IMG/VR virus record: IMGVR_UViG_3300019132_000034
Location: 1-51,158 of that record
DNA: 51,158 nt
Direction: 5' to 3' (one strand)
From: a virus
Each line of letters begins with the position of its first letter. Position 1 is the stretch's first letter. The position numbers and the translations under genes are program-made. Of the stretch, positions 16,520 through 25,178 are shown one piece after another. The notes under the pieces are model-generated. The model was not told the DNA's origin, made no database searches, and saw only the letters and a list, made by a program, of their open reading frames with translations.

Positions 16520-17527
16520 ATGTTGTACTACTTTACTGCTAGCGACGATGATGCACAGAAACATTTCTATGATACTATTGAACAGCCGTGTAACATTGGA
16601 AAGTATATCTCTATGCTTGACTCTGCTACTGTAGATATTTTAAAGCAGAACAGTAAAGATAAATATGTACATATGTGGGGGGCAACACCAGGAAAATCTA
16701 ACCGAGATCGGTGGGATAAATTAAAATCTGGAGATAAAATATTGGCTTACTCTAAGGGAGTATTTCTGTATTACGGAACAATTTTCGCTAAAACACAAAA
16801 CCAGAGAGTTGCTGAGTTAATTTGGGGGACCAATAAAGAAGGGGAGACTTGGGAGTATATCTACTTTATTAAAGATCTCAGGAAGGTAGAAATTCCTGTA
16901 GAAAAATTTAACGCATTTTTTGATTATAAAATGAACTTTACCCCTCAAGGCTTTTCGAATATTGAAAAGAAAAGGTTTACTTTGAGATATGAAAAATACG
17001 GATCAATTGACAAAATAATTGAAGTTCTTGAAAGTCAATTTATTATCTCTGAAGAAGAAATAGAAGAGGATAATTATCAAATAAGTATTCAGTCTTCTTC
17101 ATTGAATAAGGTTAAGATTGAGGGGGGGATTAAACCTGAAAAACGTCCGAAACCAAGGAAAGAAAAGGGAAAGCAGGTATGGCCAAGGGATCCGAAAAAA
17201 GCTCAACAAGCGTTGAAGAGAGCTGAGTTTAAATGTGAGATTGATGAATCACATATAACGTTCATGAGTGAGGCAAGTAATGTCCCTTATATGGAAGCAC
17301 ATCATTTAATACCACTGAAAATGCAACATGAGTTTGAACAAAGCTTAGATGTGATCGGTAATATTGTTAGTTTATGTCCAAACTGTCATCGAATGATTCA
17401 CCATGCGAAACCTAGGGAAAAGAAGAAGTTATTAGAACAATTGTATCAGAAACGAAAATGTGAGTTAGAACAAAGTAGTTTAAATATTGATCTTGAATAT
17501 TTGTTGAGTGTATACGCAATAAAATAG
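16520..17527 (+). CDS. HNH nuclease with an N-terminal PUA/EVE-like putative reader domain
   Basis: C-terminal MEAHHLIPL...NIVSLCPNCHRMIHH. The N-terminal 150 aa (WGATPGKSN..W..LKSGDKILAY...WEYIYFI) is assigned only tentatively. Confidence 0.55.
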   Translation: MLYYFTASDDDAQKHFYDTIEQPCNIGKYISMLDSATVDILKQNSKDKYVHMWGATPGKSNRDRWDKLKSGDKILAYSKGVFLYYGTIFAKTQNQRVAELIWGTNKEGETWEYIYFIKDLRKVEIPVEKFNAFFDYKMNFTPQGFSNIEKKRFTLRYEKYGSIDKIIEVLESQFIISEEEIEEDNYQISIQSSSLNKVKIEGGIKPEKRPKPRKEKGKQVWPRDPKKAQQALKRAEFKCEIDESHITFMSEASNVPYMEAHHLIPLKMQHEFEQSLDVIGNIVSLCPNCHRMIHHAKPREKKKLLEQLYQKRKCELEQSSLNIDLEYLLSVYAIK

Positions 17528-17632
17528 CATCTTACCGGTTAATCGGGGCATACTGAAAGGGTTTTGGTGCTTGTTTGGTCAAATAGATGTTAAGATGAAA
17601 TAAACGGTTTGTTATTTACCTGAAGTTAACAG

Positions 17633-18037
17633 GTGGGGAGGAGAGTTGAATCTGCATTGGAGAAATATCGATTTTATCTCCTAACGGTTCCAGAGGAAAA
17701 GCTACCGAGGGTGGCAGTGGCATATTCATTTGTTCCTCCTGCTCACATCAATCGTTTTTATTCATCTACAGAAAGCGCGGCCATCCAAATAGCAGATTTT
17801 GAACGAGAACGCGATGAGTACATGGAGAGAATACGCCGCGTAGTGAATCGGCTCAATAAAACGGAGCGAGGATTGATTAGACGATATATGACGCTTGAAG
17901 AACCTTATGATTACGAGATCTACAACGACATGGGAATCAGTGAATCGAGGTTCTACCGCGTTCGCGAAAAGGCGTTCTACAAGCTGGCCTTTGCGTTGCG
18001 GATTGAGGTTTACAAAGAAGAAGAGGCACCTGTTTAG
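17633..18037 (+). CDS. ArpU-family transcriptional regulator, paralogue 2
   Basis: A 134-aa ORF with the ArpU-type pattern LEKYRFYLL...S.TE.A...DFERERDEYM...YRVREKAFYKLA. Confidence 0.7.
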   Translation: MGRRVESALEKYRFYLLTVPEEKLPRVAVAYSFVPPAHINRFYSSTESAAIQIADFERERDEYMERIRRVVNRLNKTERGLIRRYMTLEEPYDYEIYNDMGISESRFYRVREKAFYKLAFALRIEVYKEEEAPV

Positions 18038-18052
18038 GGTGCTTTATTATTT
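18026..18052 (+). terminator. Possible intrinsic terminator
   Basis: GCACC/GGTGC stem followed by a T-rich run. Confidence 0.4.
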
Positions 18053-18194
18053 ACTCAGTATATAGTGTGATATTGGTAAAAACCAGGATGTAACATTGTA
18101 TATGTTTACCTGAGTATTTTCAACATTTTTTAATTGATTAAATATAAATTAATTACTAAAATATTACTATAAAGGAAGAAAAGGAGGGGATTAA

Positions 18195-18659
18195 ATGCCA
18201 ACGGTCTTCGAGGTCGCAAGATACTTTTTAAGTAAAAGCGTCCCAAATACTCCGTGGGCAATTACCCACCTAAAATTACAAAAATTAGCTTATTATGCAC
18301 AAGGTTGGTATCTAGCTTTTACTGGAAATGTTCTATTTAATGAAAGACTAGAGGCATGGGTTCATGGGCCTGTTAGTCCTGATCTTTTTCATAAATATAG
18401 GAGATTCGGACACAATGAAATACCACAAGAAGATTTCCCAGATAGTAGGTCCATTTTTACAAAAAAACAACTAGAGGTGCTCGATGCCGTATGGGAAGCA
18501 TATGGGGAATACAGTGGAAAGTTTTTAGAAGAATTAACCCACCAAGAACTTCCTTGGCTTGAAGCAAGATCAAATCTTGATTCCAATGATTATTCAAATG
18601 AAGTTATTTTGGTTGATACAATACGTTCATATTTTAGAAACCAGCTAGGAGACGAATAA
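18195..18659 (+). CDS. DUF4065 / Panacea-domain (GepA/SocA-like) antitoxin-like protein
   Basis: THLKLQKLAYYAQGWYLAF.G..LF.E..EAWVHGPV hallmark. Confidence 0.75.
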   Translation: MPTVFEVARYFLSKSVPNTPWAITHLKLQKLAYYAQGWYLAFTGNVLFNERLEAWVHGPVSPDLFHKYRRFGHNEIPQEDFPDSRSIFTKKQLEVLDAVWEAYGEYSGKFLEELTHQELPWLEARSNLDSNDYSNEVILVDTIRSYFRNQLGDE

Positions 18660-18679
18660 CCTTTTTCGTCTCTTAATTT

Positions 18680-20569
18680 GTGTTAAATGGAGGGAAAGCA
18701 TTGTATTTGGAAAGGGTAAGAGAGATTATCAGATGGGTTATTATTGTGCTCAAAAACCTACTAATTTTTTGTTTTAGACTCATTTTTTCTATTAGTCAAT
18801 TGTACGGACTCTTAGTCAGAAGAACGTTTGTTTTATTGATACTTTACGCAATTATTTATTATTTATTATTTTACAGGTTTTCTATTGCACAGTTTCAGGC
18901 AGATATTAATCAAGAAAATGAAATGTTTTTAGCAAAAATATTTAAGTATGTGCATATTTTTCAAGCGAATGATGAAGTAGTGATGCAAATTATCTCTTCC
19001 GGAACAAAGTTTTTAAGTGTTGTATTCTCTGTAATATTGACACTATTTATTTTTTCGCATAGGGAACAAAGAGCAATCGCACCTTCGTCAACTTACCGGT
19101 TTTATAAAAACTATATTTTTTTATTTTTTCTTTCATTATTAATGATAACTATGCCTTACGGGTTTCACTTATCACTTATCTATAAGTCTAGTTTACATAC
19201 ACAATATTCGGAATTGGGTATTACTATTACATACTTTGGACGATTTGTTACATGGATTATTCTCTTCTTATTTTCCATTGTGCTTATTGGATATACAATT
19301 GTTTCTTTATTTCGAACTATTAACATTAATTGGTTATTACCTGTAACTATTCAACAAGTAAGATCCACATTAATAAACCTGGAGGTTGTGTTGGATAACA
19401 GGTGGTTTAGGAAAACAAGAATAAATGAATACAATGAATTGAATTTTAATATTGAAAGTGTTTATCAAATGCTTGAATATGCTGCTGAAAATAATATGAG
19501 CAAAGACTATTATGATAATATAGAAAAACTACGAGAAACGTTCTCTATTCTAAAAAAGGAACATTTTTATTATAAATCATCATCAGTCTACGCAAGTTTT
19601 TATAATAGGGACCAAGAAGAGTTTAGATCTTTTCATAGGTCTGTCTTAAAAAATACCTTATCATTAGCTACTGCTCTATATAAAAATAATAAGTTTAACA
19701 AAGGACAGAAAGCATTGGACCTATTATTTTCTCTATACTCAGATAAAATTCCTCCCGTTTTGAGGCATGACTATATTGCGAGTATTTATGAGTTAATACA
19801 ATTAACTGATTTAAAAAATGGGGCAAAAGTTCGTGCAATTTTAAACGGTTTGGAAACAATGAAGACGGAATATACACTCATTTTGTATCAAGCTCTAATA
19901 CTTCGAATAATTAGTGAGAACAACATACAATTACTAACGTCAGTTGTTTACTCAATGAAAAAAAATATAGATAGGAATATAAAGCCTAATAACGGTGGAA
20001 TACCACGTATTGAGTTAATTATTAATAAAGCTTTAAAAAGAAAATATAAGCTGTTGAATATAGGGATACTTTTACAGTGTATGGTGAAAAGTATTGAGTT
20101 GTCTCATTACGCTTGTACAGGCTTTTTAATAAAATTTCTTGTTACAAACTTCAGTGGAAAATTGGTGAAGGAAGCTTTTAATGCTTTGTTGAATAATGGA
20201 ATGGTTTTTGGTACTATCTATCCCAACATGGGGGAGAACGTGCATTTAGACATTGATTACTACTTCAACGAAAAAACATACGATTATTGCTTAAAGAAAT
20301 TGTGTATTCTATTGTACGGGCAACAAAGGTATGCAGTAAGAAACGGTCTATCTTTTATTGAAGAATTTCATAAAGAGTCGTATGAATACATTGATATAGG
20401 ATCGGCATTCGTAGAGTGTGACTACAAAGAATATATATTTACTAAGGTATTGTCAGCAGGGAAAAAGTATGGATTTCTTTATCTAAAGGATAAGGAATTC
20501 TTAAGAGATCTTGCTAAGGATTTTGGTGTTCAAACATTATTGATGGAGGAGTTGCTTCCTGACCTTTAA
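18680..20569 (+). CDS. Large polytopic membrane protein of unknown function (candidate toxin/effector partner of the Panacea protein)
   Basis: About 6 hydrophobic helices in the first ~215 aa, then an alpha-helical soluble region of about 400 aa. The gene is AT-rich. The likely true start is TTG 18701, after GGAGGG. Confidence 0.6.
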   Translation: MLNGGKALYLERVREIIRWVIIVLKNLLIFCFRLIFSISQLYGLLVRRTFVLLILYAIIYYLLFYRFSIAQFQADINQENEMFLAKIFKYVHIFQANDEVVMQIISSGTKFLSVVFSVILTLFIFSHREQRAIAPSSTYRFYKNYIFLFFLSLLMITMPYGFHLSLIYKSSLHTQYSELGITITYFGRFVTWIILFLFSIVLIGYTIVSLFRTININWLLPVTIQQVRSTLINLEVVLDNRWFRKTRINEYNELNFNIESVYQMLEYAAENNMSKDYYDNIEKLRETFSILKKEHFYYKSSSVYASFYNRDQEEFRSFHRSVLKNTLSLATALYKNNKFNKGQKALDLLFSLYSDKIPPVLRHDYIASIYELIQLTDLKNGAKVRAILNGLETMKTEYTLILYQALILRIISENNIQLLTSVVYSMKKNIDRNIKPNNGGIPRIELIINKALKRKYKLLNIGILLQCMVKSIELSHYACTGFLIKFLVTNFSGKLVKEAFNALLNNGMVFGTIYPNMGENVHLDIDYYFNEKTYDYCLKKLCILLYGQQRYAVRNGLSFIEEFHKESYEYIDIGSAFVECDYKEYIFTKVLSAGKKYGFLYLKDKEFLRDLAKDFGVQTLLMEELLPDL

Positions 20570-20632
20570 GGGGGATAAGAAGATTGTTCCCCATTGGAAT
20601 CCATTCAGGAATTCCATTTTAATTAGGGATAG

Positions 20633-20670
20633 TGACAGAAAACTGAAGGAAAAATGACGGAAAGATGACA
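20633..20670. promoter_or_regulatory. Three phased TGAC(A/G) boxes upstream of RNA element B
   Basis: Boxes at 20633, 20655 and 20666, a spacing of 22 and 11 nt. Confidence 0.3.
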
Positions 20671-20722
20671 GATTATTTTGGTTTAGACGTGTTATGATGG
20701 TATCGTGGATCTTTTGTTGAAG

Positions 20723-20835
20723 TAGCTATTCTCAAAGCCTGTCACTAGAACTAGCGAGTCCGAATCTCGTTTGTGTGGAAAGCAGGCGGGAGCGAGTTCC
20801 GACAAGCGTCACCCGATCAGGTGGCGTTTTTATTT
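20723..20835 (+). ncRNA. Structured RNA-like element B (paralogue of 13790-13902), ending in an intrinsic terminator
   Basis: Same conserved blocks as copy A. The central stem CTCGTTTG/CAGGCGGG and the terminator stem CGTCACC/GGTGGCG differ in sequence from copy A but still pair. Confidence 0.5.
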
Positions 20836-20880
20836 TGGCGGTTTAAATATTATAATTAACTTGAGGGAGGGCGGAAAAGG

Positions 20881-21615
20881 ATGGAAAATTTTATTTCTCT
20901 ACTAGTTTTTACGTTACCAGGTTTATTAACTTATTTCTGGATCCAATTATTCGGTTTAACCCCAACCGTTAAACATCAAAGTACAGAGATGTTGGCAATT
21001 AGTGCTCTATTATGGATACCGGTTATGGTTACAGTATTATTCTTTTATCAATTATTGGCGTATGCTTCAAGCTTAGACATGTTCTATTTGGGAGTTGATA
21101 TACCAATTTTAAAAAAAGATTGGACCATGATAAATAAGTTAAGTGACATAGTTACTTTGCCCGACAATGTATGGTTTTTATTATATTTTGTAGCATCAAG
21201 TATAATAGTTAGTTTTTATGTAGCAAAATTTATATGTAAAAAGGGTTATAAAAAATTATTACATAAGGTTAACCAAATTCGTAAAGAAAATGGGTTAGCT
21301 CCATTATCTGGAAATACAACAGTTTGGAACGAAGCATTTTTGGGAAATGAAGGGCAATTAGTCGAGGTTTACAAAATTGATAAACCAGACGAAAAGGTGA
21401 TTGGTTGTATAAAAAAAGTGTCCAGAGCGTTCGAGCCCGAAAAAAATATTGTTCTTGAGGGCGTCGAGCACTGGACAGAAGTGATGAAACATTATCACGT
21501 TGAAATCGATGATATATTTATTGATACTAAAACAGGATTGGTAATTAAGATATATAATACAGATCAGGCACTAGAGGCGCAGAACTTATACAACAACAGT
21601 AAAGCTACTTCTTAG
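20881..21615 (+). CDS. Membrane protein of unknown function
   Basis: A 244-aa ORF with about 4 N-terminal hydrophobic helices. RBS GAGGGAGGG. Confidence 0.6.
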   Translation: MENFISLLVFTLPGLLTYFWIQLFGLTPTVKHQSTEMLAISALLWIPVMVTVLFFYQLLAYASSLDMFYLGVDIPILKKDWTMINKLSDIVTLPDNVWFLLYFVASSIIVSFYVAKFICKKGYKKLLHKVNQIRKENGLAPLSGNTTVWNEAFLGNEGQLVEVYKIDKPDEKVIGCIKKVSRAFEPEKNIVLEGVEHWTEVMKHYHVEIDDIFIDTKTGLVIKIYNTDQALEAQNLYNNSKATS

Positions 21616-21736
21616 GCTGAACACCTGTTGAAGGTGGCTTCATGGTTAATGAAGGCTTGTCTGCAGAATTCTGTTGATGTCCCTGTCCAGTACCAATTGG
21701 TTTGACATTAGTCTGAAATGGGGGTCTTTTTCCCAT
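21605..21736 (-). CDS. Hypothetical 43-aa Pro/Gly/Gln-rich protein
   Basis: ATG follows GGAGGTAAAAATT on the minus strand, downstream of the DUF2188 gene. Confidence 0.4.
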   Translation of the reverse strand: MGKRPPFQTNVKPIGTGQGHQQNSADKPSLTMKPPSTGVQPKK

Positions 21737-21943
21737 AATTTTTACCTCCTTTGCTATATATACTTTAGTAAACTATAAACCAATGTACAAAGTTAGTTAG
21801 GCTAAAGTCCCCGGGTAAGAGGTATTTTTTTGCTCTTAGAAGCCGTAAAGATAAAAAAAGGTGATAATTAAAAGCACCTTAGGATGTTTCTTCTTTTTTC
21901 ATAAAAAGAACCACCAAGACGTTGGTAAAGTTAATTTTAAGAA

Positions 21944-22168
21944 TTAGCCTTTAGGTGGAAAAGTGTCGTTTCCATATGAATCTTTAGCACGAATTCTTCC
22001 ATCTGGTCTGTGAATAACAAGCTCCAACGCTTCTTTCCGGGCAATATCTCTTGCTTTATCTACTGCATCTTTTTGAGTATCATGTCGCGAAGAAGCTCTC
22101 GGCGCCCCACCTCTTTTTACTTGCCATCCACCGTCTGGATGTGGTGTAACGTGTATTGTATCTGACAT
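21944..22168 (-). CDS. DUF2188-family protein
   Basis: DGGWQVKRGGA.RASS.H.TQKDAV..AR.IA......LVIHRPDGRI...SYGND..PPKG. Confidence 0.7.
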   Translation of the reverse strand: MSDTIHVTPHPDGGWQVKRGGAPRASSRHDTQKDAVDKARDIARKEALELVIHRPDGRIRAKDSYGNDTFPPKG

Positions 22169-22238
22169 AATTCCACCTCCTTTCTTTTTACAAAATTCCC
22201 CAAAAAGGAAGAAAATTCCTTCTTTTTTGTCGAATTAG

Positions 22239-22466
22239 GTGGATAGAAGGGGGAGAAATTTGGAAGAGGCAACTCAAGCTATTCAAAAACTTGCGTGGAC
22301 ACTAACCTTAAAACTCGTATGGCTTATATTATTGATGTTTGTGTTTTATGCTTTGGCCTTCTTTCTCGCGAGGTCTCTTCGTTTACCATTTAAGATAGCC
22401 AATACATTCGGCAGCCTGGCTAGCCTGGTTGGTTTTTACTTTTGGACTCAATACATAATTTCTTAA
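22239..22466 (+). CDS. Small two-helix membrane protein
   Basis: Hydrophobic segments LVWLILLMFVFYALAFFLA and LASLVGFYFW. TTG 22260 after AGGGGGAG is an alternative start. Confidence 0.5.
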   Translation: MDRRGRNLEEATQAIQKLAWTLTLKLVWLILLMFVFYALAFFLARSLRLPFKIANTFGSLASLVGFYFWTQYIIS

Positions 22467-22483
22467 TCATATTGAGAAATTTG

Positions 22484-22510
22484 GCATCCGAATAATCGGG
22501 TGCTTTTTTA
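22484..22510 (+). terminator. Intrinsic terminator
   Basis: GCATCCG/CGGGTGC stem followed by TTTTTT. Confidence 0.7.
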
Positions 22511-22594
22511 TTTGCTACAAATACTGAAAGGTGATACTGCATAAAAATTGTCCGTATTCTCGTAGAAATGATAAATCCAACACCATAATACTCC

Positions 22595-22738
22595 ATGGAA
22601 AAGTATCGAAAAATTGAGCAAGCGGGGATTGGACAATGGCTAAAAGATTTCAAAAGCGGCCAGATCAAGATAAGTACAGTAGATGATTTAGAAAAACTCA
22701 TCAAAATTGACCTCATGCTACAAAAGCGAAAGCTGTAA
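22595..22738 (+). CDS. Hypothetical 47-aa protein preceding terminase
   Basis: An ATG ORF just upstream of terS. Confidence 0.4.
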   Translation: MEKYRKIEQAGIGQWLKDFKSGQIKISTVDDLEKLIKIDLMLQKRKL

Positions 22739-22797
22739 AACAAACACAACTCAATGGATTATAGGTTTTTCTGTGCAGGAGGTGGTGAATATGAGAG

Positions 22798-23691
22798 GTG
22801 GCTAGGCAAAGAGATCCTAAACGAGATGAAGCTTTTGAAATATGGAAAAATAGCGGAGGAACTAAAAAATTAAACGAGATTGCCGAGGAGCTCGGAGTAA
22901 GTCCAGGAACGGTTCGTGGTTGGAAAAATAAAGATGCCTGGGAAGAAAAATTAAACGGAACGTTCCAAAAAAAGAAACGGAGCGCTCTTGTAAATGAAAC
23001 GGAACGTTCCAAACCTAAAAGGGGAGCGCCGCTAGGAAATAAAAATGCTTTAGGTAACAAAGGAGGGGCTCCGCCTGGTAATAAAAACGCAGTAGGTAAT
23101 AAAGGTGGAGCCGCTCCTCTGAGAAATGCTAATGCGGTGAAAACCGGTGAGTTCAGGAGTCTGTGGTATGACATATTAGATGAAGATGAAAAGCAATTGG
23201 TGAATCAAATTGAGGTTGTCGAACCGATTCAACAAGTGATTGATGAAATTAAATTGTACTCTTTCCGGGAAGCGTTCATTATGAAACGGATTAAGGCACT
23301 CAAAGAAGGGATGACCTCCGCTCAAAAACGGGTGTTAAAACAACTAAAAAAAGTGAAGGACAAAGTGAAGGTAGATGATCCGAATAGCAGCGAAGGCTAC
23401 CGCATAATCGAAAAGGAAGATTATAAGTTGATGGAGACGGAAATTGAGGAGATTTCCGCAGATCCGGTGGAACAAGTTTTAGCCCACGAGGAAGCCCTTA
23501 CTCGAGTTCAAGATAAAAAGGTTAAGGCTTTGGATTTGCTGTTTCGTATGACAGATGAGTTTAATCATAAAAAGTTGATGGATGAAATTAAAACAACCAT
23601 CCTGCAAGAGAAATGGGACAAAGAGAAAAAAGGAAATGAGGATGACAAACCGATTGAAATCATCATTAAACGAAAAGGTGATGATGGATGA
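22798..23691 (+). CDS. terS: Terminase small subunit
   Basis: N-terminal HTH ([22 protein letters not shown]) and repeated GAPxGNKNAxGNKGG motifs. It lies directly upstream of terL. Confidence 0.8.
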   Translation: MARQRDPKRDEAFEIWKNSGGTKKLNEIAEELGVSPGTVRGWKNKDAWEEKLNGTFQKKKRSALVNETERSKPKRGAPLGNKNALGNKGGAPPGNKNAVGNKGGAAPLRNANAVKTGEFRSLWYDILDEDEKQLVNQIEVVEPIQQVIDEIKLYSFREAFIMKRIKALKEGMTSAQKRVLKQLKKVKDKVKVDDPNSSEGYRIIEKEDYKLMETEIEEISADPVEQVLAHEEALTRVQDKKVKALDLLFRMTDEFNHKKLMDEIKTTILQEKWDKEKKGNEDDKPIEIIIKRKGDDG

Positions 23692-24977
23692 CTGTAAAAG
23701 AAGTGAATCCTCATTTTGAAGAATTTTTGTTTAATTGGAAACATAAGTTTTATTTCCTTGTAGGGGGGTATGGTTCATCCAAAAGTTATCATATTGCGCT
23801 TAAAATTGTGCTGAAGTTGTTAGAGGAAAAGCGAACCGCTCTTGTGGTTCGTGAAGTTTACGACACCATACGCGACTCCTGCTATTCCTTATTTGAAGAA
23901 ATCGTAATTGATTTGGGGCTAGACAATCGAATTAAGTTTACTTCCTCCCCAATGATGGTCCGTTTTCCGAACGGTTCCAAAATCATTTTTAAGGGGATGG
24001 ATAAACCCGCTAAACTCAAATCCATTCACAATGTATCGATTATATGGATCGAAGAGTGTTCAGAGGTCAAATACGACGGGTTTAAAGAGTTGTTGGGGCG
24101 CTTGCGTCATCCAACGTTACAGCTGCACATGATTCTTTCTACTAACCCGGTAAGCAAAAGCAACTGGTGTTATAAATTCTTTTTTAAAGACGAAAAGAAC
24201 AAGTATTTTGTGTTGGATGATGAGGAGTTATATCGAAAGCGGAAGATGGTAATCAAAAACACCTATTACCATCACTCAACCGCTGATGATAATTTATTTT
24301 TGCCTCAAGACTATATTGAACAGCTAGAAGAATTGAAAACCCATGATCCAGACCTCTACCGAATCGCGAGAAAAGGTCGATTTGGTGTAAATGGTACATT
24401 GGTATTCCCGCAGTTTGAAGTAATGGCGCATGAGGAAGTCATGAAGCACATTCAATCGATTAAAAATCCAATTAAACGGGCGGGAATGGACTTTGGTTTT
24501 GAAGATTCATATAATGCGTTGCTGCGGGTAGCGGTGGACCATGATGAAAAGATTCTATATATCTATTGGGAGTATTACAAAAACAAAATGACGGATGACC
24601 GGACAGCGGAAGAAATTATGGAGTTTAAGGAAAAGAGGGAACTGATTAAAGCAGATAGCGCGGAACCAAAAACAATTCAATATTTTAGACAACGAGGGTT
24701 CCGTATGGTAGCGGCTAAGAAGTTCCAGGGCTCAAGGCTCCAATATACAAAGAAAATTAAACGATTCAAACGGATTATATGCTCTGACGCGTGTCCGAAT
24801 ACTATTGATGAGTTAAAGGAACTGACTTATAAAATGGACAAAGATGGGAATATCATCGAGGATGAATTCAATATCGACCCACATACTTTGAGTGCCATAT
24901 GGTATGCGCTTGATGATTATGAGGTTTCCGACCTAAAAGGAAGTTATCAGGCACGTGCTGTTCCGTCTCTATATTAA
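23688..24977 (+). CDS. terL: Terminase large subunit (PBSX family)
   Basis: Walker A (VGGYGSSKS), Walker B (IIWIEE) and a C-terminal nuclease region. Length 429 aa. Confidence 0.9.
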   Translation: MTVKEVNPHFEEFLFNWKHKFYFLVGGYGSSKSYHIALKIVLKLLEEKRTALVVREVYDTIRDSCYSLFEEIVIDLGLDNRIKFTSSPMMVRFPNGSKIIFKGMDKPAKLKSIHNVSIIWIEECSEVKYDGFKELLGRLRHPTLQLHMILSTNPVSKSNWCYKFFFKDEKNKYFVLDDEELYRKRKMVIKNTYYHHSTADDNLFLPQDYIEQLEELKTHDPDLYRIARKGRFGVNGTLVFPQFEVMAHEEVMKHIQSIKNPIKRAGMDFGFEDSYNALLRVAVDHDEKILYIYWEYYKNKMTDDRTAEEIMEFKEKRELIKADSAEPKTIQYFRQRGFRMVAAKKFQGSRLQYTKKIKRFKRIICSDACPNTIDELKELTYKMDKDGNIIEDEFNIDPHTLSAIWYALDDYEVSDLKGSYQARAVPSLY

Positions 24978-25178
24978 TGTATATTGTATACATTTCTAGT
25001 TAACATAATCAAACCTATAGGAAGTTGGGAATTTTCAAAATCCTTGATAAGTCAACATTTTTTGAGGGGTGAATTTTTATCGTTTATGCAGGATTTTATA
25101 CATTGCGTAAGATCAACCATTTCCCGCTTTCTTTAAATAAAAAAGATGCATAAAAATTGCATAAAAGTGAGGTGAAAA

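Noticed and set aside
20790-20812. T-loop-like GAGTTCCGAC in the RNA elements as a sign of a tRNA or tmRNA
   Set aside because: No acceptor, D or anticodon arms can be drawn. I could not draw a cloverleaf for any tRNA elsewhere in the window either.
22990-23120. Apparent tandem DNA repeat (GGAGCGCCGCTAGGAAATAAAAATGC-like units)
   Set aside because: It is the coding repeat GAPxGNKNAxGNKGG, which is typical of this terminase small-subunit family. It is not a non-coding repeat or a CRISPR-like array.
24978-25178. 200-nt gap between terL and the portal gene, with a 7-bp inverted repeat (ATGTATA..TATACAT), as a pac site or regulatory element
   Set aside because: Only a short AT-rich palindrome is present and there is no supporting repeat structure. 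The evidence is insufficient.
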